The position numbers were made by a program, and so were the translations under genes. This document shows, in pieces, positions 35,587-47,562 of a DNA stretch of 64,000 bases. The notes under the pieces are model-generated. The model made no database searches and was not told where the DNA came from. It saw only the letters and a program-made list of their open reading frames with translations. How positions within the stretch are numbered: position 1 is the stretch's first letter; every line of letters starts with the position of its first letter. The stretch spans positions 4,464,001 through 4,528,000 of the forward strand of contig JBHGNT010000014.1 in assembly GCA_043228905.1 (NCBI GenBank). Direction: 5' to 3'. The stretch comes from Azolla caroliniana (lineage: Eukaryota > Plantae > Polypodiophyta).

Positions 35587-38500
35587 TATCAGGAATAGTA
35601 CTAAAGCAGAGATGGAATTAGTACTAAGAAGAGTAGTACTATTAGTACTAAGAGGACGGGACTGTGTAAGATTCCCGAGAGAGGAAGTGAGAAGAGGAGA
35701 GAGAAAGATGATGACAGCAGCTAATATATTATGTGAAAAGATAAGTACAAAGGGCTGAGAGGCTTAAGACTGGCGTTGAACCAATTTGGTTCAACATAAT
35801 GCCTAGTGCCTTCTTTTATAGTGTTGTCAGGAGTAATCTTGAAACTGATGCATCTCGAGTCGGCCTAATAGGCACGTTACTTAGCAGCTCAACCTTGGCA
35901 TGGTTCTCTCCGCTTCTAGAAAAACAATCACCCTTGCTTAATAACTTTGAAGATTTTATTGGTGAGTTTAAAACCTGCTTTGGAGATACCGACAGCATCA
36001 GGACGGCAATCAACAAGATCCGAAGATTGCGTCAAGGCGATCGTCCAGCCTCTGCCTATGCGGCGGATTTCTGTCTACTCGCCTCAGATATTCCCTGGGA
36101 TGATCAGGCCCTCATGGAGCAGTTTCGCTACGGCTTGCGCAATGATGTCAAAGATCTGCTTTTAACCTTCCTCGAAGAACCAAAGTCTCTTACAGAGGCA
36201 ATCAGTCGAGCGGTCCGATGCGACAACCGCCTTTTCGAACGGCGTTCGGAGCGTCAGTTACAAATACCACACTCTCGGCCGGAACCCATATACGCCTCAG
36301 TCACGGCTAAACCGTTTGCACGCGATGCACCCCAAGCCAATATTCCGACACCGATGGAGATCGACACCATGTGTCGACGCAGCCCGTTATCGGAAGAAGA
36401 AAAGCAATAACGACGTGCCAATCGATTATGTCTTTATTGCGGTGGACCAGGGCATATCGCCATCAATTGTCCCCATAGGCCAAGAAGACAGGTAAATCAA
36501 ATCGTCGCTTGTACTAAACCCGAGTCAATTCTTCCCTTCGGAGTGTCTGATAGTATTAATAGTACTAATAGAGTGTCAGATAGTATTCATAGTACTAATA
36601 GCCCAAGTATCTCAAACAAATTTGAAATCCTTAGTCAATTAGATGAAGAGTTAAATGATTGAGTCCAGCCAAAATAGGAGCCGTTTGGTTGGACAGCAGC
36701 CCTAGATCTGTACAGCCCATTAGTGGTTCCATTCCTTCCAAGCAAGTTAGCAATGTGTTCCTAGCCCAAGTCATTGTTAGTACTAAAAGTACTCCCCCAG
36801 TACCCATCCTAGCACTCTTAGATTCTGGAGCTAATTCCTGTTTCATGCATCGAAATTTTGCCCAAGCTTCTCAAATATCCCTAAGAAAACTTCCTTGTCC
36901 CGCATCTGTAGTAGTCATTGATGGTCGTCCCATTGCTTCCGGGAATATTGTAGAAGAATCAGAACCCATTCAAGTTGTCCTAGGTAGTTTTGTGTGTGTA
37001 ATATCATTTAATATAATTAGTAGTCCAGAGCATCCCATTGTCCTAGGATTACCTTGGTTTGAATTACATAATCCAGCCATAGATTGGAGGACAAGAGAAG
37101 TCTGATATCGACCACCCCAAGAATCTACTCACCGAGTTTCGACCATTTCACTCCATCAATTACGCGAAGAAGGACACAAGGAGGCAATGTTCCTATTTGC
37201 AATATCAGTACACCCTTCCAGCACTATTAAGAAGGACTCCTCAGTACAACTTCCGGCAAAATATCATCCTTATGCCGATGTATTTGACAAGGTAAAAGCC
37301 GGTACCCTTCCTCATCACCGTCCCTATGACTGTCCCATCGATTTACAACCAGGAACTTAGCCACCATGGGGACCAATTTACAACTTGTCACCCACCGAGT
37401 TAGAAGTCCTTCGAGCCTACATAGAGGAGAACTTGGCAAGCGGGTTCATCCGTCATTCGAAATCTCCGGCCGGTGCACCCATCTTCTTTGTCAAGAAGAA
37501 AGATGGCTCACTTCGTCTCGTCGTTGATTACCGCGGATTGAATAAGGTCGCCATCCGGAATAGGTATGCACTTCCTCTTATATCAAGTCTTTTAGAGTGA
37601 GTTAATGGTGCCAAGTTTTTTACCAAAATCGATCTACGAGGAGCGTATAACCTCGTGCGGATCCAACCGGGAGATGAATGGAAGACCGCCTTTCGCACGC
37701 GGTATGGGCATTTCGAGTATACTGTTATGTCGTTCGGCCTAACCAATGCACCCGCAGTCTTCCAACACATGGCAAATGATATATTCAGAGACCTCTTGGA
37801 TATCTGTTTGATCATCTATCTTGATGATCTATTGATTTATTCGAAGACCCAGCAAGAGCACGATTCTCATGTACTATTAGTACTAAAGCGACTCCACGAG
37901 AATGGTCTTTATGCCAAGCTAGAAAAATGTAGCTTTGACTGCAAGCATGTGGAATTTCTAGGCTACGTCATCTCCTCAAAGGGCATCGCCATGGATCCAG
38001 CTAAAGTCCAAACTGTACTAGAGTGGCAAATTCCACGGTCGGTACGAGATGTACAATGTTTTCTAGGTTTTTCTAACTTCTACCGTAAGTTTATACAGGA
38101 TTACTCGAAGATTATCCTACCCCTCACACAACTTACGAAGAAGGGCCAAGCATTTCTTTGGTCCATTGAAGCAGATATGGCTTTTCGGCATCTTAAGAAA
38201 TCCTTTACATCAGCACCGATTCTAGCTCATGTGGATACTAGCAAACCATTCATCATGGAGGCCGATGCTTCAGATTTCGCCCTCGGTAGCATCCTTTCTC
38301 AACAAGGAGATAAAGAAGAGTTGCATCCGGTGGCTTTCCATTCGCGCAAATTCGATGTTGCGGAAATCAACTACGAAATACATGACAAGGAGTTATTAGC
38401 CATCATGGATTCATTTATGCAATGGCGGCATTTCTTAGAGGGCTCTCCACATCAGGTCGTTGTCTTTAGTGATCATAAAAATCTTGCTTATTTCTAGAAC

Positions 38501-40498
38501 GCTCATGTACTAAATCGACAGCAAGCTCGGTGGGCGCAATTCCTCACGCGTTTCGACTTCAAAATCACATATCGACCGGGGAAGCAGCAAGGAAAAGCAA
38601 ATGCACTATCACGGCGTTCATATCTTGCACCTCGTCCTGGTGATCCAACATTTGATAATCAAAAGCAAGTAATCTTGGGACCAACACGATTGCACACGAC
38701 GCGGATTTTTCACACCCCGATGGATTCACGGATTACCGATGACATACGTGCAAACTTGAAGATGGATAGTTTTGCTCAAGACATCCTGGCGCACATTGAT
38801 ACTTCTCGGGCATCCTGTTCTCAGTCTCAACAACCAGGTATTGACTACCGACAATTTGAATATCATGATGGTTTGTTATTCTTTAAAAAGCGCGTATATG
38901 TCCCCGATTGTTCCTGTCGCCTTCACATCGTCCAGCATTGTCACGACACCCATACGGCGGGACATTTCGGTAGTACTAAGACGTTGGAGCTAGTGCAACG
39001 ATCTTTTTGGTGGCCCCACATGCGCCGTTTTGTCGACGACTACGTTCGAACCTGTGATGCTTGCTGCCAAGCAAAGATGCCACGACACCATCCATATGGC
39101 TTGTTGGAACCCTTACCGATTCCAAGTAAGCCGTGGCAGTCTATTTGTCTTGATTTTATCACAGATCTGCCGGTCTCGCAGGGGTTCGGTGCTATCTTAA
39201 CCGTCGTCAATCGATATACGAAGATGGCACATTTTGTTCCGTGTACTAAGGCCATCACTAGTGAGGAAACCACCGCCCTAGTCATGCGTGAGGTATTTCG
39301 GCATCATGGACTCCCAGACAGTATCCTCAGTGACTGAGGACCACAATTTGTCTCCAAATTTTGGCAGCATCTCTTCAAGATGCTCAAGTTCTCTTGAAAC
39401 CTCTCCTCCGGCTACCATCCTCAGATCGATGGGCAGGCAGAACGAACAAACCAAACGCTGGAGCAATATCTCCGGTGTTTCCTGAGTTATCAACAGGACG
39501 ATTGGGCCGAGATTCTCCACTTTGCGGAGTTTGCGTATAATAATGTTGTTCACTCCTTGACTCGAGTCTCCCCATTGTACGCTTATACCAGTTCTCATCC
39601 TCGCTGGACGGTGATCGACACCCCTGAGCTACCTACCAAGCCTCGTGCCGGGGATCATTTGGAGAGACTACGCAAGATCCAGACAGATCTCTCGACTCAT
39701 CTTCGTCATGCTCAACAGACACAGAAGACTTACGCGGATCGTCATCAACTTCCCTCCTCTTTTGCCATCGGAGATCGAGTATGGCTCTTACGTCGTCACA
39801 TCAAGACTACTCGACCGTGCGACAAGTTAGATTATCGACGACTCGGTCCTTTTTGTATTACGGGTAAAGTTAATGATGTCACATTCCGCCTTGATCTCCC
39901 TCCGCAACTTCAGATACATCCGGTTTTCCATTGTTCTCTTCTTGAACCTTATAAAGCAAACACCATTCCCGATCGTGTTACACCACCGCCGCCCCCGCTG
40001 GAGTTGGACGTTGGCCCGGAGTATGAAGTTGCTGCCATCCTCGATTCCAAACTTATTCACAACAAACTTTATTATTTGGTTGATTGGGTTGGTTATAGTC
40101 CGAGCGAACGCACTTGGGAACCCGTCGAGCATGTTGCCAATGCTCAGGATCTGCTTGCTGATTTTCACCGAAAGTATCCGGACAAACCCGGTCCGCAGTC
40201 AGCGCCGACTCGTTCCACTCGTCGTCTTTAAGGGGGAGATAGTGTCATGATATGGCAAGACTCGAACCCATGACCTTATGGTATATGGGTCGAGCTCTTA
40301 ACCATCACACCATCTATTGTAATTCATAGGATATTATTTTCATTTATGTTTTATTATAAGAAAGTAATGTATATTCCAGATTTCTCTAGAACATTCTATG
40401 AAAATAATATTTTATGAATTACAATAGATGGTGTGATGGTTAAGAGCTCGACCCATATACCATAAGGTCATGGGTTCGAGTCTTGCTATATCATGACA
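35587..40498. mobile_element. Tcn1-like chromovirus (Gypsy) with inverted interior
   Basis: TSD CAAAC (35582-35586, 40499-40503); outer LTR pieces on the minus strand; gag-pol (35846-40231) on plus with LLDSGA, YLDD, INT and chromodomain EYEVAAILD..YYLVDWVGY..TWEP; several nonsense stops. Confidence 0.92.
40243..40498. repeat. 101-bp inverted repeat (3 mismatches, 54-nt spacer) made of two LTR 5' ends
   Basis: 40243-40343 versus the reverse complement of 40398-40498. Confidence 0.95.
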
Positions 40499-43059
40499 CA
40501 AACGTGGCAACCGACACTGCCGATGAGTTGTGGCACAAGAGCCTATGCCATATGAGCTAGAAGGGAATGTAGATGCTAGCCGAAAAAGAACTTATACCAG
40601 AGGTGAAGAAAGTGCATCTGGATAAGTGTGTTGATTGCTTGGCCGGCAAACAAAACAAAACCACATTCCGATCGAGGCCCCCGATGAGGAAGAAAATGCC
40701 ACTGGAACTCATGCATACGGATGTATGCTACATGGATACAAAGTCACATGCTGGTTCACAGTATTTCATGACCTTCATAGACGATTGTGGCCAGAAATTG
40801 TGGGCTTCCGTGCTAAAGATGAAGGATCATGTGTTATCCATCTTCAAAGAGTTCCACGCGAGGGTCGAGAGGGAAATCGGCGGCCGAAAACTGAAGGCAG
40901 TCCGAGCGGACAATGGTGAAGAATATCGCGGGCCATTCGAAGAATATTGCCGAGCGTAGGGAATCTAGCTCGAGTATACCGTGTCGAAGACGCCAAAGCT
41001 TAACGGGTTAATCGAGAGAATGAACCGGACCGTAATGGAGAGGGTACGAAGTATACTTGCACATGCGAAGTTACCAAAGACGTTCTGGGCTGAGGCATTG
41101 ATGATGGCAGCATATGTGATAAATCGATCACCCTCAGTACCCTTGGATGGTGATATTCCACAAAGGTTGTGGAGTGGCAAAGACGTCTCATACTGACATC
41201 TAAGGTTGTTTGCCTATCTTGCCTATGTGCATGTTGCAAAGGATCAAAGGGCGAAGCTGGATCTGAAATCTCAGCCATGCATATTTCTCGGCTACGACAA
41301 TGATGAATTCGGCTATCGGCTATGGGACTTACCCGAGAAGACAAGACGATTGTCGATTGGGAGTTGAGAATAAGTCTCCAACTACCGAATCGAGCCAAGT
41401 CGACGCTCAGCCGAATCAAGTAGAAGTCAATTCGATCGAAATCGAATCCGAGCCATTCGACCGACTTAATACTCGGCAAAATCGAGAACCGACTGAAGAA
41501 CGAGGGGAACCGGCCGAACAAGGAACCGGATTCAACTCGTCCGAAGAAGTCAAAGAAGAACCGACCGTGCCGAATGGAGGCCGAAGATATCCCCTAAGAG
41601 AGAGAAGGCCCCCCCGGAGATTTCCGAATGAAGAACATGTACTGCTAACCAATGAGGGGGAGCCAGAAAGCTTTGAAGAAGCTAAGAATGATACCCTGAG
41701 CTAAAAGTGATTGAGTGCCATGCAAGAGGAGATGGATTCCTTGCATGAGAACTACACATATGAATTGACCGAGTTGCTGAAAGGGAAAAAGGCACTCCGG
41801 AATAAGTGGGTATACAAGTTGAAAGTGGGAGAAAGAAGGAATGCACCCAGGTACAAAGCACGAATTGTCATGAAAGGTTTTCAGTAGAAGAAGGGTTTCC
41901 ATTTCGATGAAAAAATTTCCCTGGTCGTGAAGATGAAGTCAATCCAAATAGTGATGAGCATAGCGGCCAGCATGGATCTCAACGTCCAGCTGCTCGACTT
42001 CGAGATTGCCTTCCTTCATGGAGATTTGGAGGAAGAGATATATATGCACCAGCCGGAAGGATTCGAAGAAAAAGGCAAAGAGAAGATAGTATGCCGATTG
42101 AGAAAGAGCCTGTATGGGTTAAAGCAAGCACCTCGGCAATGGTACCGAAAGTTCGAAGGTGGTGTCGATCGAGAAGACATGCTGACGAAGGTGTTGTCGA
42201 CCGAGAAGCTGAATTCGTGCCGACAAATAATCAAATTGGATAAGTACCCCATGTCGTAGTGAAGGGGGAGTTTGTTGGGAAACAGGTCCCTCCGGATGGG
42301 AAGAGAATGAACCGAGTCGGATGGAGTAAATAAGTATTTCAATCAAAGCCGATAGGCCAAGGCCAAGGCCGAGATCGAAAACCGAAATCAAAATCGGGAG
42401 AGCATATATGTAAATAGTCTAAATGTGCCCCTTGTGGGCTATGTATGTAAATAGCCAGAAAGTTGTATATGTATAAATACAACTAGGGTAAACTTTATGT
42501 GAAGAGAGAGAATCATTATTAGTTGTTACATAGTTAGAGAATGTTGTTGCCTCTTTAACTGTGTGAGAGGAGGAAAGAGTGAGAGTTAGTTTGTGTAACT
42601 CCGTAACTGTTTGTCTATTAGACGAAGAAGATCTCGAGGTCGTTGCCTCAGAGTGTCTTATTGTACTACCTCTCATCGTGGTGATCTATTTTGGAGTTTG
42701 TGGAATCCATGTGGTTTTTTCCCCAGTTCGGGTTTTCCACGTTAAAATATTGTGTCTCTGCATTTCGTTTTCCTACTATCTGTGCATTGTTCCTTTCTCG
42801 CTTTCTGCACTCTAATATAAGAATGAGAAATCGGTTGTGGTCGGTCACGATCCTATCACATCTTATATCAAACACATACACTCACACACATCTTCTAAGC
42901 TTCCGTTGCTTAATCACATACGTGATTAACCACTCGTATAATTAGATATTAATTAACTCATAGTTAACTATCTAATTATTAACCAGATCTTTTCATCAAT
43001 AGAAGAGTGATTATACATTTGTATATACTCTTGCGTCTTTTAGATATGTGGCATGAAAG

Positions 43060-43430
43060 ATTGTTCTACATCAAGTTGGAAACTTCTTGTCTGAGCATTC
43101 ATGTCAACAAAGACAATAACTTCCCATTGGATTTGAAATAAGCAATATCATCGTCTAGATTGGCAAAAGGTTGGTATTTATCCAAATAAACATAAGAGTT
43201 AGAACCTTGATGAGGAATGTAATATCCAACTACAAAAGTGGGAAAATCATTACGTGTTTCTATTTTGAGTGATATGACATTTATGTTGATCATTTTTTAT
43301 GATTAACACATATTTCTCTATTTCCCTCTTAATTGAACATACCACCCCTCCTTGTGCTCTTCATTGTCTTGGATTTTTCACCCATACCAAAGAATGTATA
43401 CATTATAGTTTCCTAAACTTTGAATCTTTT
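43060..43430 (-). pseudogene. Probable LINE APE-endonuclease remnant
   Basis: Broken frames give RAQGGVVCSIKREI and TFVVGYYIPHQGS...LDDDIAYFK, resembling APE endonuclease motifs. Confidence 0.45.
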
Positions 43431-43551
43431 GAGCATCGTGCTCCTATGTTTCAAAGTGCGATTTTTGAGTCATTGGTGAACTCCTCTACGCCAAATCCCC
43501 CATTCTATGGGTACTCGTTGCAATTCCAAAAGCATAGTCATAGAAGACTAC

Positions 43552-46500
43552 TGTCAGGAATAGTACTAAGACAGAGAAGAAATAGTACTAAGAGAGGAAT
43601 ATTAGTACTAAGAGGAATAGAGGGTGTAGAACACTCGAGAGAAGGAGAGAGAGGGAGGGAGAGAGTGGGAGATCGAGCGAGAGAAAATGATGATGACAGC
43701 GATATATTATTGGAGAAGAATATGCAAGGAAGGCTAGGAGGCTTAAGACTGACGTTGAACCAATTTGGTTTGAAATAATGCCTTGTGCCTCCTTTTATAG
43801 TGTTCTTGGGAGTAGTCCTGAAGCTTCTAGAATGTTCCAGAGAAATTTGAAATATACATTAATTTTCTATAGTAAAACTTAAATAAAAATAATATCTGTA
43901 TTACAATAGATAGTGCAATGGTCAAGAGCTCAACCCATGTAACATAAGTTCATGGGTTCGAGTTTTGCTATATCATGACACTATCCCCCCTTTAAAACGA
44001 CAAGTGTCACGAGTCGTTTTGGATTGAGGACCCGGTTTATCTGGATATTGACGATGGAAGTCTTCAAGAAGAACACGAGCATTGGTCACATTCTCTATTG
44101 GTTCCCAAGTACGCTCGTTGGGACTATATCCTAGCCAATCGACTAAATAGTAGAGCTTCTTGCGAACAATCTTGGAATCAAGGATGGCGGCAACCTCGTA
44201 CTCAAGTCCATCTTCAAGTTCGATCGGGGGTGGAGGTTGTGGAATATGTCCTAGGATGGTGCTGTCTTGATAGGGTTCGAGGAGAGAACTATGAAACACC
44301 GAATGTATGTGAAGTTGCAGGGGTAGATCGAGACGAAATGCAACATCATTAATCGTTCCAATAATACGGAAAGGACCTAATCGCCGATAATCCAACTTCT
44401 CGCATGGGCGAGTAGTCTTGATGTGTCGTCGTAGTAGCCATACCCGATCTACAATGTTAAAATTGGATGGAAGCCGATGACGATCCGCGTAAACCTTGTG
44501 TGTTTGTCGAGCTTGCTATAGATGAGTAGATAAATCTGCTTGTATCTTGCGTAACCACTCCAAACGATCCTCTGCGCAAGGATTTGTGGGTAACTCTGGG
44601 GTTTCAAATACACACCACGGGGGGTGATAACCCGTATAAGCATAAAATGGCGTAACTTTAGTCGATGAGTGGACAGAGTTATTATAGGCAAATTCGGCGA
44701 AGTGGAGAATATCCGCCCAATCATCCTGATGATAGCTTAGAAAGCACCAAAGATACTACTCTAGCATTTGATTTGTTCATTCTGCTTGGCCGTCAGTTTG
44801 CGGGTGGTAGCTGGAAGAGAGGTTACAAGTGACATTGAGCATTTAAAAAAGGTGCTTCCAAAATTTCGAGACGAACTGAGGTCCACAATCGCGGATGATA
44901 TTATCAGGAAGACCATGATGTCGACATACTTCACGCATGACAATTTCGGCGGTTTCTTCACTAGAGATTTCCTTAGTACATGGCAGGAAATGAGCCATCT
45001 TCATATATCGATCTACTACTATTAAAATCGCATTGAATCCCTTAGAGACTAGAAGATCTGTGATGAAATCTAGAGCAATGGATTGCCACGGCTTGCTTGG
45101 AATTGGTAATGGTTCTAATAAACCATATGGATGATGCCTTGGCATTTTTGCTCTACAACATGTATCACAAGTCTGAACAAAATCTTCAACAAATTGTCGC
45201 ATACAGGGCCACCAAAATTATCGGTGTACTAAATCTAATGTCTTAGTACTACCAAAATGCCCAGTTGTATATGTGTCGTGACAATTTTGGACTACTCGAA
45301 GGTGGCAAGAACCATTAGGAACATACAAGAGTTTCTTAAAGAATAGTAATCCATCATGACATTCGAATTGTCAATAGTCCATACCTGGTTGTTGTGACTA
45401 TGAACAAGATGCTCGAGAGGGATCAATTTGTGCTAGAATCTCTTGGGCGAAAGCATCTGTCTTCAATTCCTCGCGTATGGTATCGATAACGTGGGAATCC
45501 AAGGGCATATTGAAGACCTGCGTTGCTTGTAGTCGTGTCGGTCCCAAGATTACTTGCTTTTGGTTATCGAAAGTTGGCTCTTCGGGACGCGGTGCTAGAT
45601 ATGAACGTCGTGATAATGCATCTACATTCCCGTGGTGCTTCCCCGGACGATATGTAATTTTGAAGTCGAAACGCGTGAGGAATTGGGCCCACCGAGCTTG
45701 ACGTTGATTTAACACACGGGCACTCTGAAAGTAGGCAAAGTTTTTGTGATCATGAATACGGTGACTTGATGAGAGGATCCCTCTAGAAAATGCCTCCATT
45801 GCGTAAAAGAGTCCACTATTGCTAATATCTCCTTATCATGAATTTCATAGTTGATTTCGGCGGCATCAAACTTGCGTGAGTGGAAAGCCACAGGATGTAG
45901 CTTTTCATCATTACCTTGTTGTGACAGAATGCTACCCAATGCGAAATCCGACACGTCCGCTTCCATGATGAATGGTTTTTCCGGATCAATGTGAGCTAGA
46001 ATAGGAGCCGATGTAAATGCATTCTTAAGATTCTCAAAAGCCATGTCCACTTCTTCAGACCAAACGAACGATTTTCCCTTCTTAGTAAGTTGTGTGAGAG
46101 GCAAAATAAACTTTGAGTAATCCTATATAAACTTGTGGTAGAAATTGGCAAAGCCTAAAAAGCATTGCATATCTCGCAACGAACGCAGAGTTTTTCACTC
46201 TACCACCGTTTTGACCTTAGCTGGATCCATGGAGATGCCTTCCGAGGAGATGACATAGCCTAGAAATTCCACCTGGTTGCACCCGAAACTACAGTTTTCC
46301 AGCTTTGCATAAAGACCATGTTCTCGAAGTCGTTTTAGTACTAACAGTACATGAGAATCATGTTCTTCTTAGGTCTTCGAATAAACCAGTAGATCATCCA
46401 AATAGATGATCAAACAAACATCCAAGAGATCTCGAAATATATCATTTGCCATGTGCTGAAAGACTGTTGGCGCATTAGTGATGCCGAACGGCATGACCGT

Positions 46501-47562
46501 ATACTCGAAGTGCCCATATCTGGTGCAAAACGCAGTCTTTCATTCATCTCCTGGTCAGATCCGTACGAGGTTATATGCTTCCCTGTAAGTCGATCTTTGT
46601 GAGCAACCTTGCACCATTGATCCGTTCTAAAAGACTTGAGGTAAGGGGAAGTGCATACCTTTTTCTGTTGGTGACCTTATTCAAGCCACAGTAATCTACA
46701 ACGAGACGAAGTGATCCATCCTTTTTCTTGACGAAGAAAATGGGTGCGTCGGCTCGAGATTTCGAATGCTGAATGAAACCATTTTCCAAATTCTCTTCTA
46801 TATAGGCTCCAAGGACTTCTAGCTCAGTTGGTGACAAATTGTAGATCGGTCCCCATGGTGGCTCTTTTCCCGGTTGTAAATCGATGGGGCAATCATAGGG
46901 TCGATAGTGAGGAAGCGTATTGGCGTGTACTTTATCGAACACATCGGCATAATGATGATACTTCTTTGGAAGTTGAATGGTAGACTCCTCTTTAGTGGCG
47001 TTGGAGGGTTTTACTGATATTGCGAAGAGAAACATTTCTTCCTTGCGTCCTTCTTCTCACAACTAATGTAACGAAATGGTTGCAATCTTATGAGTAGATC
47101 CTCAGGCTTGTCGATATCGGATTTCTCTTGTTCTCCAATCTATGTCTGGGTTATGTAATTTGAACCATGGTAATCCTAAAACAATGGGATGTTCTGGGAT
47201 ACTAATTATATTAAATGAAACCAAATCGGTTCAAACTGTCAAGAATAGTACTGAGACAGAGAAGAAATTAGTACTAAGAGATGAATATTAGTACTAAGAG
47301 GAATAGAGGGTGTAGAACACATGAGAGAAGGAGAGGGAGAGAGTGAGAGATCGAGGGAGAGAAAATGATGATGACATCGATATATTATGTGAGAAGAATA
47401 TACAAGGAAGGCTAGGAGGCTTAAGACTGACATTGAACCGATTTGGTTCGAAATAATGCCTTGTGCCTCCTTTTATAGTGTTCTCAGGAGTAGTCCTAAA
47501 GCTTCTAGAGCTCAACCCATGTAACATAAGGTCATGGGTTCAAGTCTTGCCATATCATAACA
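43552..47562 (-). mobile_element. Second Tcn1-like chromovirus copy; gag and half of PR deleted
   Basis: 3' LTR 43552-43980; 5' LTR 47237-47562 (internally deleted); TSD ACTAC/ACTAT; PPT AAAGGGGGGATAG; chromodomain in ORF 43973-44395; PBS joined directly to PR at about 47220. Confidence 0.92.

Larger units (their letters stand above)
34550..42874 (+). mobile_element. Degenerate Copia F (relative of the intact element), 5'-truncated, split by a chromovirus; 3' LTR 42273-42874
   Basis: Gag, PR, INT and RT pieces homologous to 12521-16594; MNARLYRGDT|NVATDTADELW rejoined across TSD CAAAC; PPT GAAGGGGGAG 42261-42270; internal RT/RNaseH deletions. Confidence 0.88.
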
